Origin: Tubulanus polymorphus
Lineage: Eukaryota > Animalia > Nemertea
Direction: 5' to 3'
DNA length: 64,000 bases
NCBI RefSeq assembly: GCF_964204645.1
Contig: NC_134027.1
Span: forward strand, 6,914,485 to 6,978,484
Both the position numbers and the translations under genes were made by a program. This document shows, in pieces, positions 1 through 10,300 of the stretch. The stretch's first letter is position 1, and every line of letters starts with the position of its first letter. The notes beneath the pieces were generated by a model. That model did not search any database. It was not told where the DNA came from and was given only the letters and a program-made list of their open reading frames with translations.

Positions 1-1285
1 ATGAAACATATTTGACTTTATCAATTAAAATCTGTGTTCATCATAGGAAGAGAAATTGATGTATATTTTGGTCATTGAGAGCAATGTGAACATCTCTTAA
101 AAGGATGCCAAAATATATGTCCATATTTAACAAGAGGCAGATTGGCCGACATTGCGTGATCAGGATTATTGTAGTGTTACTCGATATATCACTGGCTCAG
201 TATTGTGCATAATATGATATTGGATAATTATTGAAGACAATTACGTAGGCGTTGAATGATTGTAGTAGTTTCATTAGGGCTCACGTGCATTCATTCATCA
301 AACTACACCGTCTGCTTTCCTCAATGAAATCGGATGGAATTTATCTTTGTATACTTTAATGAACACAGAAAAATGTACACGTTCAACATCCTTACAAGTC
401 ATTTAGCTTTAAGTTGATGTTCAGTGACGCTGCTTTTAACTTGGATATTCTGGCACGACAAAACCAGTCAGTTAACTATTCATTCATCATTCATAGGTCT
501 GAGGATGGCTGGGTGTTTTAATAAATGAATATCAATAATTCAATTCGTGGAGAGTTGGCAAATGTCAAGGTTTGCATTAGAGTAATGAAATAATTTTCTT
601 GCTATATCCATGGCAGCTTTTACGATGATCCAACCAGGGGTCTGCGAGTTCTCTGGTCTCCAGAACCTGAGAGTTTTTGTTAAATGACTGGTTTTGTATT
701 TGCTACAATGAGTTGACACTAGAGGCACCTCACAGTTTGTTTTCAGGAATATAATAATTATGAAAAAAAAAAAACAGTGACCTTCACATATCACTCATTG
801 ACACAATTTTTGGATTTCTTTTTAAAGAATATTCTTGATAGTTTTTGTTGACAGTCTGGATATTTCTTGAAATATTAATTCATTTGTCATATTCAATGTC
901 TTGTTATTGATGATTTTCGTAGTTTTTACCAAGTTATTCTCAATACTTATTGGTGACTACTGATGGCGTTTCGATGACCCGATCAGTCACGGTACAAATG
1001 GACAGTGTTTTATTGAGCACAGTATTTTGTCCACTGCTTGTTAACATTTATTTGTAAAGCAATAACATCGCTTTTTACGAACAAGTAGTAAATTTAATTT
1101 GATTTGGAAGTAAATATTTCATTATAGATAGTCAGTATCAGTCAGTTTACTCACAGGAATAACTGTTCTGAAAATGTTGCAATTTTCCCGTTTCAAAATC
1201 GTAACTTAAACTCCACCAACGAATCGCCATGAATTAGCACCGATGTAGCATTACGATACGGTTTTTCTCTTTTTGTCTGTTTCAG

Positions 1286-2871
1286 CGCGTCTGTACGGCG
1301 AAGCAGCATGCGAGAGAAGAATCTGATCTCGTGGAAAGAGGCGCGAGAAGAGGCGAAACTTCGATCGTCGATGACCGAGGATGAGGAGGACAATACTACA
1401 TCGAACAGCGAAACGGCTACAACGACAACGAACATGCTGACAACAACTACACTTACTACTAATAACATGAGCACTACTTCTACGTCTGATTCTTCACAGG
1501 TACTTTCATACTGGGTTCAGTTCCTAATGAATTCTCGCTCAAAATTAAGCTGTGGATGTATATCATGAATGTGGCTGTTTAGTAGTCTCAAAGTAGATTA
1601 ACGAAGCATCTTGTCACTAGCTCTGAAGGTTTTCCGCTTCAATTTGCTATTGAGAGCATGATTGATGGATAGAATTTAATTTCTACTCGACAAAACGAGG
1701 ATACCGATGCACATCATCATTTCAGAAAACTTAAATTGAGACTGATTACATGTGTATCTAGGTGTTATACAGCAGTGATTTCGCTGATGTATCTGTTGAT
1801 CGATCATCGCCTTCGTTTTGTAGCTTCTCGCTGGAAACAACTTTGATTAAAGTCATTCTCATGGTTCCCATATGTCCATGAATTAAAAATTCCCAGGTTT
1901 TTCCCAAGTATTTCATGGTTGATTTTTAAATTTTCCCAAATGGAAATGAACAGATACAATCATGTTTGTTGCAGTCAACATTTTAGTGGTGACTGGTTGA
2001 TAAAGGTGATTCTCGAGGGAAATCGCTGAAGAAAGTTGCCCTTGGCAAATGCCATACATGAAATGTAAATGAATTTCCCAAGTATTTCCCTGATTTGAGG
2101 AAAATTTTTCAAATTCCCAAACATTTCCAAACTGGGAAGTTTTTCCTAATTTCCCTGTTCTGTGGGAACCATGCATTCTTTACTAGTTATTTGTGTGGTA
2201 TTCAATTCTGTTTTTTTTTTTTCTATTTGGAATAGGGTAAAATGCCTGAACAAATAAGCAACGTTGATGTTAAACCAGAGGCAGTTGTCAATGTGGACGA
2301 TGTTACAGTAGCTTTCAAAGTAGACCCAGTAACTACTGTTGACTCCACTACCGATTCTTTAAAAGAGAGCGAAAAGAAAGTCGATCGAGTTGACGCTGAT
2401 GTCATGTCAAGCGAAGAACCGCCATTGAACAAGACCCCATCATTGAGTAGTTTAGAGAACAAAGAATCGAACAAAACGCCCTCTCGGTCGCCGTCTTTCA
2501 CTTTGAAAGATCGTCGTGGATCTATGGAGGTGCATGTTTCGTCCGGGAGCACCAATGCAAACTCGGGAACGTTGTCCGATTTAAAGCGACACCGTTCAGC
2601 AAGCATGCAGCGCACGCGCTCCCTCGAGAAGTCTGAGACGGAAAGTTGTAAATCAAGTTCGAACAGTATCAATTCATCAAACGGCACAACGCCTTTAATT
2701 CATTTAGACAATAATAACAAAAATGCACAGACGAACGCGGTCGTGCCAACTCCATATTTTATTCCTCCTTCACCGGCTTATGGAGACCCACCACTCAGGA
2801 AATTCAAAGCACACAACACTGAAATAGTAGGTGGTGATTCTACCAAGCAAAGTTGTTGTACAATATTGTAG
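1286..2871 (+). CDS. PPP1R16A: 3' end (last two coding exons, 1286-1499 and 2236-2871) of a PP1 regulatory subunit 16 (MYPT3/TIMAP-like), prenylated
   Basis: ttcag|C acceptor at 1285/1286, CAG|gtact donor at 1499/1500, aatag|GGT acceptor at 2235/2236, phases compatible. The peptides VRRSSMREKNLISWKEAREEA, TLSDLKRHR and GDPPLRKFKAH...KQSCCTIL* resemble recalled C-terminal motifs of MYPT3/TIMAP (TLxELKRQR, GDPPLLK/KFKAP, CC-aaX). The ankyrin-encoding exons are not seen and presumably lie upstream of the window. A vs B paralogue cannot be resolved. Confidence 0.75.
1860..2173. mobile_element. Intronic MITE with TIR CATGGTTCCCAYA and 6-bp TSD
   Basis: catggttcccata at 1860 and tgtgggaaccatg ending 2173; cattct directly flanks both ends; internal TTCCC/GGGAAA-rich subrepeats. 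Confidence 0.8.
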
Positions 2872-4101
2872 CATTCCAGCCTTTTAGACATGAAATTTGC
2901 AGAAAATACCACTATATTCTAGATAATCGGGTATGTCTTAAGACAGTGTAGACTGTTTTTGTTGCACCAAATAAGACACTTCATGTGGCTTATTACATTA
3001 GCTTATTTTTATGTTACTGCGTGTCTTAAATATTCAACATGCTTCGGCAAATGAATGCTGTTGTAAACTTGATAGCACTTAGGTATTATAGCACTGTTTC
3101 AGTGCAAGGATCGATAACACTATCACATTAGAACTTGCTGTAGTTTTCACCTGTTGAGTATTGTACACATACAGGTCGTATTGCTTGTCAAAATGAGGGA
3201 CGCATAATAATACATGTATATTTAAAAATACGCATGTATTTTTTCCATAAAGATTCAAATCAAGGCAATGTGCCTTAAAAGTAAGTGTATCTGATAGTTA
3301 TCTTAGGATTAGTTTAGGCAAAGCTCTATTACCGAGTTCATCATTGTAATTGACCTTTAAGTAGGCCCTGCTATTACCTGCGATAATCAAAAAGTAGATA
3401 CCGCTACATAAAAGCAAAGCAAGTCTCATCACTAACCATCAGAGTTGATTCTATAGCCTAACATCAACCAAACAAAAAATTTAAGAAATTTACAACATGT
3501 CGTTTAAAGCTAGATTTTTCAGTAATTTTTGCAAACATAGAAAGTTTTGTATTTATGTAGTTGTGCATTTTGGTGTAATGAATTGTACACAAACTCATTT
3601 TTAAGTAAGAGAAAAACCATTTTTGTAAATAATTACAAGCGTGTGATAGGAAGAATAATCGGTTGTAAATATATGTCTGCGATGACAGAGGCCAGAGATA
3701 ATAAGTCTGTATATCTCAATTAAATTATCTAGGACAGAACTGATTATGGTATGTGCAATTTAGTTTCCAATCAGGTTGATTATTGCAGTGGCTTCCAATC
3801 TTGAAGTGAACAAATTTGTCCAAAAATTGAACTCCTATTTTGTACCATCTGAAGTATGAATATGAAATATGCATAGAATATAGGTAAGCCTAATGCAAAA
3901 ATAGACACAGCTTGTGATGTAAATCTTAGCAATAGATATCTATAATCTGGTAAACCAAAGAGTAACTATAAGACTTGTACTTAAATAAGTAAAGATTGAA
4001 TTAAAATATAACATTATTTTTATTCAAAAATAATTTAAAGTTAACTTGTAATATGAAATTAAAAACTGTTCATTAGTAAAATTTACTCATGTCAATAGCC
4101 C

Positions 4102-4379
4102 AATGGGATACCGGCAAGGCTACCGAGTAAAGCAATGATTCAGCGATAATTTTCCAAGATCGCTAGTGGCAATGGGTAACTGCCCTACAATTTCTTCTAG
4201 ATTTTAATCAAATTTGAGTCAACTTTTCCTGATAAGTAAATCAATTATCAGTGAAATCTATACCATACAATGAGTGAGAAGGGAAAAATCAAGGTCAAAT
4301 TTCATTGAAAATGAACTGAATTTCACTACGAATGACCCAGTGTTTTGTTGCGCCATCTGGTGAGTGCTGGTATCCCATT
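4102..4379. mobile_element. TIR-bounded dispersed repeat (MITE); internal part also found at ~9490-9660
   Basis: aatgggataccggca vs tgctggtatcccatt inverted ends; core gatcgctag...gtcaacttttcc...cagtgaaatc...tgagtgagaa shared with 9490-9660. Confidence 0.65.
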
Positions 4380-4893
4380 TTTGAGAGCATGTCATAATTG
4401 ATATGTTCCATAAACGCACATGCGCTTCACAAAGAAATGACTGCGGCTTTTTGTAATTGAACATGCATGTAATATTATGCCCAACATAAAAACCAGGTCA
4501 GGAGCAACAGGTAGCAAACGAGGTCAAATTAGATATAGAAAATGTATTACATCTGTTTCACAACAAATATTGAATGTAATCAGGAATATCTGTACTGCAA
4601 TGAAAATCTAGTATTTTGCTACTAATGGCGAAAACATTTGTAAATACCTAGTTATAAGAGTGTTACATGTATATATTGTATATTGTATACTATTGAATAG
4701 TCTATATGATGTAATCTATGGAATTATTTTAATTAAAAAGCAGTTTCGCTAATTGACATTATGGCTTATATTTTCGACAATTATTTGCATCTTACAAGTT
4801 GTATGCAAAGCATACGACAAAGGACTAGATGATTAAGACAACGATCAGGATACATTAAAACTAAAACATGGAAAAGTATTTTCATTGAACCTC

Positions 4894-7127
4894 TTAAACA
4901 TCCTTGATCTGATTAACATTTTTCAATTCCCAAGCTGTTAACATTTGTTCACTGAGTTCCCACACAGCATTTGCCAGTCGACTATTTCCTGCTTCGACGG
5001 AGGGTACGCACTGACAGACGTTGTTGAAATATTTTCCTCCAACGGTTTCTAGATCTCGTGATACTGCGCAGTACACCGACGTCGCACAACCTTGTTGCTG
5101 AAAAAAAAAAATTATATCAATTGTCTTCAAGGGTATCTTTAATTTAAAGGAAATTTTTTTTAAAGAATTATCGTTTGGACTAAGGTTTTGGTTCACAGCA
5201 TACCATAGATTTAGTAAATGGCCGAACGACTGTAAAGAGTAACCTGTAGAGCCACCAGTTTCTACTCAGCTGTGTTGACATCATGTTTCCAGGATGCAAT
5301 GAATTACTAGTAACATTACGTTCGTATAAACGAGAATGCAACTGATTCGATGTAAGAATATTCAAGAGCTTCGACAAATTGTAAGCTTTTATTGGCCAGA
5401 ACCCATTCGCAGTTGATGGCGATAGTTTTTCATGGCTCACATTTTCAAAATTTAAATCGGTGAATCTGAAATTGGATAATCCTTTAATGTATGTACCTGC
5501 TAAGTTTAGATCATTTGGGTACATGATGGAAATCCATTTTTGATTCATGAGATTGAAGCCTACCTGTGTGATTCAGAAGAAACCCAGACAACCCGAGATG
5601 GAGACGAACTTATGAGCACATCTTGTAACAAGCTCACCAAATAGAAATGTGATAGATGATTCACTTGGAATGTCGCTTCAAAACCATCGATTGTTTGCTG
5701 CCAAGGCAAGCTAAATACAGCTGCATTCAGAATCAATACATTCAGTGGCCTGTTGGAATATAAATAATTAACAAGGAACTTTAATAAAATCTCGAGAATA
5801 TTACTAGAATACATTACCCGGTAATTGACCGATTGAATAAGGGTATCATTTGTCATACCATCCTTTTGATTTATACGCCTCGGCACACTGTCTGACACTA
5901 TTCAAAGACATCAAATCTATGTGTAAACTTTCCACACGAGCTTTCGGTTGCTCAGTCTTGATTGCATTGATGGCCTCTCTAGCTTTGGCTTCACTTCGAC
6001 ATGCCAATACAACATGCGCCCCCTGTAATGCCAGGGTTCTAGCTGTTTCAAATCCTTAAAAGGAAAAATTTCTGTTTTATTTCTTTGAATTCAACCCAAG
6101 AATGATAAGTGTCGCTTACAAAATTCTGAAAAGTCTGAAGTAGGTTGGCCACTTTCCACCCATATACAAATCCCCTGAGTCTTCCCTGTATTTTCCATGA
6201 TTACACAAAAATCCATGAGTGAATTTGAGAAATGTCTAGGTTTAGAATATTACAATTCAATAATGATAAATATACACGCAGTCAATAGCATTATCCAAAT
6301 TCCCTGAGTTTTCCAGGTTCTAGATTTTTCTGATGAATAATAATGCACAATTACCAATTCCACAGTTACCACCAGTAATCAGTACATATTTTGAATGAAA
6401 GTCTCTGCCTTGAACAATCTGTAAACCGGTGCTACTGCCATCGTATTTCTGACGTAATTCTCGAATTTTTGTTTCATCGATGTCTTCAATGGCAAATGCT
6501 AGTCGTGGATCTGTGAATGTTGTCTTCTGATTGATATGACTTAAATAATTGAATAATCAATAAATCATAAGTTATCATTCGATTGAGAATAAATGTTTTC
6601 AACAGGATGGCGTGGAAAAATACGAATGATACATACTCAACAAAATATGCAATCCCTTCATCAGTTACTTTGATTTCCCAACCATAAGGAAGTTCTGAAA
6701 ATGTTAACATTATTGTCATTGCAAACAGTTCAATAATAGCCTGGTTTCAAATGGATTGTTGTTTCTTAATAATGTCAATACTAACCTCCAGCAACTCGTT
6801 TCTTCTTTCCAGTCTTTGGATTCTCCCATTGAGTAATTTCTAAATTATGACTGTAAATTAGAAAGAAACCCTATGTGAACTTAGTAGTTACCGTTTTACG
6901 GGATAGATGGCACCGCTGTCGAACCCGGAAGTAAACTATTTTCGTCGATAACGGGACGGATTGCTCAAAGATGAAGCGTTCCACGTGATGGCTTTGACTA
7001 CGAAACGATAAAATAAATACTCTTCTTACTTAGCATAATAGACACGACCGTCTAATGTGACCCTTTCTTCCCAGCCAGCTGGAATTTCATCCTCGCTGTC
7101 CGTATCTTCGACTATGGAGGCCGCCAT
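4894..7127 (-). CDS. WWOX: WW domain-containing oxidoreductase, complete, 8 exons, ~417 aa
   Basis: Exons 7030-7127, 6786-6850, 6637-6694, 6355-6539, 5859-6054, 5564-5749, 5204-5465, 4894-5097, all GT-AG and in phase (1254 nt). [34 protein letters not shown] (WW1), [15 protein letters not shown] (WW2), [31 protein letters not shown], catalytic YNLSK, RPFTKSMQQG. Confidence 0.97.
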
Positions 7128-7318
7128 GATTATTATTATCCCATGACAGATCAGATAGAGGGTAGCTCCGAGGATATCCAAATCATTGCGTCCACGAGCC
7201 GCATCATAAATTCTGAGATCACTTTTTCAAAACAATGGCGGCTTCTTCGAGTAGTTTATTCTTGTCCAGTTCATGACGTTACACATGATTTTGACCAGTC
7301 TACCAGTAATATTCCAAT
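7128..7318. promoter_or_regulatory. Very short bidirectional promoter/5' UTR region between WWOX and Artemis
   Basis: Divergent ATGs at 7127 (-) and 7319 (+); YY1-like aacaatggcggc at ~7231; ETS-like ccggaagt at ~6925 in WWOX intron 1; locally CpG-rich. Confidence 0.7.
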
Positions 7319-10300
7319 ATGAGTTCCTTTCCCGGACGCATGCAGGAGTATGCTGCTATCAGCATCGACCGTTTTGATGGTGATAATTTGAAGTCGACCG
7401 CTTTTTTTCTGTCGCATTATCATGGAGGTTAGTCACGAATTTATGTATCACTTAGTGGGTCTTAGAAAGATAAAAACAAGGAATAATACTTTATTGAGAT
7501 AAAATTTTATTTTCACACAAAATCTACTACTAAATTAAAAATCGGTGGTTTGGTTTGGAAGTGTTGATATTTTTTGGTCATGTTTTCATCAATAAATAGG
7601 AAAACATATCAAAGTTAAGTGCTTTGAACTAAACTGAGTAGATAGACTTTACTGTTTGACGGAAGCTTTTTTCTTAACAACAAAAACCAGAGCTTGGTAA
7701 TGTAGATAATATTGCTGGAATTCGTGTTTATTAGTTTCGCTTGTTGCGCCTTCTTTTTCCAAATCTTCCAGAAATGTTTCCATGCCCTTGAATTCTTCAT
7801 GTTCCAGGTAGTCCTTGCGGAAGCACACGAAAACATAGCCCCCTGTAGAAAGATAAAATAGTCATTTATTGATTGAAAATAATCGAGCATTGTGTTTCAA
7901 CTTGTTTTGTTGCCACTTTATCTTACCTGGTTTGCACATTCGCAATAGTTCCCGAATGGCTTTATATTTTGCTTGTCCTGGAACTATTGTACCACAACAA
8001 GTCACATGATCGAAGGACTCTGAAATTAAAATCATCCATCAAATTTCCATGGATATTTTGCACTCTGACTTTTCATTATGATTGATTGAATTGTTCTCAA
8101 GGACCAACAGTGTTCTTTAAGTTATTTTTATCACAAGTATGAATATTAAAGAACATATACAAAGTTTATTAGCATACTATATATTTTTTACCAGTTTCAA
8201 CTGTGCAAGGTTTATTGGCTGATAGATATTCATGATAATATTTAGAGTATAGTTTATTATCCATCGCCACTTTTGCCATCCCTGTTGATGGATCAATGGC
8301 ATCCATTCGACCATTGAAACCTAACTTTCTCAGCTGAAAATGTTTGACACTTTTGAGTTTGATAATATTTGAATTAAAGTGGTTAATTATAGAATATTTC
8401 AGACCTTGTCATGCAAAGCTTACCTCTTCTGCTACTAGACCAGTGCCAGCCCCAACATCAATGAGCGAACAGTTTTTATCAGAAACATACTGATTTACCA
8501 TCTGCGCAGTGTGATATGGTGCCTGGTATGAAGCGCTCTTCACATCCTGAAATATCCAAAACACTGATGTATTTGAAATTTTATAGAAAAATATGTTACA
8601 TGTAGTATATGTTTTGTGTATTATACCCGACCTGGTTCTGTCACAGGGACTATTGCGATCTAAAGAAGCTGTCAACCAGACTCTGGGCAAATTGCCCCAG
8701 TTCTAGCTTAGTGTCTAGATGAAGATGAAGTCTGTCAGTAGGAATGAATGGGATTCTAAAAGTGCATTTGTTATAGGCCTACCTGATTATAACCATCATT
8801 CCAGTCATCAAAGATTTTGTTCCTGGTTGCACGATCTTTACATGCCATGAGTTTTTGGAATAGATCTACAGTTTCCTGACCAGTTTTCGACATGATGGCT
8901 GTGATGTGTTTGACACTAGAAGGCTTGTGATAAAGTGAACCTGCTGATATACAGGGTGTCTCAGAAAATGTGTTACCCAAGCTTTAGGATTAATAAATTC
9001 ATCAACCATAGTTTTTATTTTTTTTTCGGGGGTGAGGTTGGTAGACTTGGATGTTTGTTCGAAGATGAAGTGTTGAAATGCAATGATACGTCATGTATGG
9101 CTGAGCACTTGCATTTTTTCTGAATGGCCATATGAATGGAGTCGAACCAAATACTATTGATTTTTCCGTCGAGAATCTTTATCGTTAAATGACCAGCCTG
9201 CCATTTGAGACATTGATTTGAAATCTCACAAAATCACTGGATTTCATTCCTTGTGATATTTTCCTATGGGCAATTGTAAATATATTTTAATCATAGAATA
9301 ATGAAACTTAACACATTTTTTGAGACGCCCTGTAAATAAAGACTGTTATCAAGTAGACTTTGAATACTGGAACCATACACAAAAACCTCTATTCATTATC
9401 TTCATTGGTTAAACTGAATAGGCAAACAATAGTAGTGTTCACATTACATTATTTAGAACGGTCTAAATTTGGTACATTCCAATTGTATATGATACCAGGA
9501 AGGCTAATGAGGGAAGTGAGAATTCAGTGATAATCCACCAGGATCGCTAGCGGCACTGGGTTACCGCGCTTCAATTTCCTTCTACATTTCAATCCAAGTC
9601 AACTTTTCCGATTAGTAAACCGTTTTTCAGTGAAATCAATATACTGAGTGAGAAAGGGAATCTTATGGAATCGTTCCATTTACGACGTGTTCCAATTTGG
9701 ACCGACCTAAAAGACTGACCAAGGTCCATTCAAAATACTAAGTGCGACGTGATAACTATCTGTTGCCAATGTAGCAACGCGTAGGCTATGTGAATGCGCA
9801 CTCTTGATTTGGCTGTTCTAAATTTGTCATGTTCCTAACTAATTATAGTGTGTACAAATCTCTGCATGGAGCGTTTGCCATTAGGATCAGCCACATATCA
9901 GGTTAGGACAAAAAGAAAAACTCAAAGAAGATACTTATATTACAAAATTTTATTTCGTACAATGAATAATAATGAAATGAAAATTTGAAAATGGAATGAA
10001 TTGTAGGGTCGTAGTTTCATACGAAAAAGTAAACTGAAATTTGGTGGTTTGGTTGCTATTGTTACATTATCATGTTTTCAATGGGGAAAAAGTTCAAACT
10101 TAACTTCTTAAGTGCTTTGAACTAAACAACTGGACTAAGATATATTTTACTGTTTGACGGAAGCTTTTTTCTTAACAACAAAAACCAGAGCTTGGTAATG
10201 TAGATAATATTGCTGGAATTCGTGTTTGTTAGTTTCACTTGTTGCGCCTTCTTTTTCCAAATCTTCCAGGAATGTTTCCATGCCCTTGAATTCTTCTTGT

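Noticed and set aside
1193-2687. Antisense ORFs 1193-1474 and 2223-2687 (likewise 15275-15571, 21394-21762, 21986-22279, 53310-53976, 63583-63855)
   Set aside because: Opposite-strand or alternative-frame shadows of real exons.
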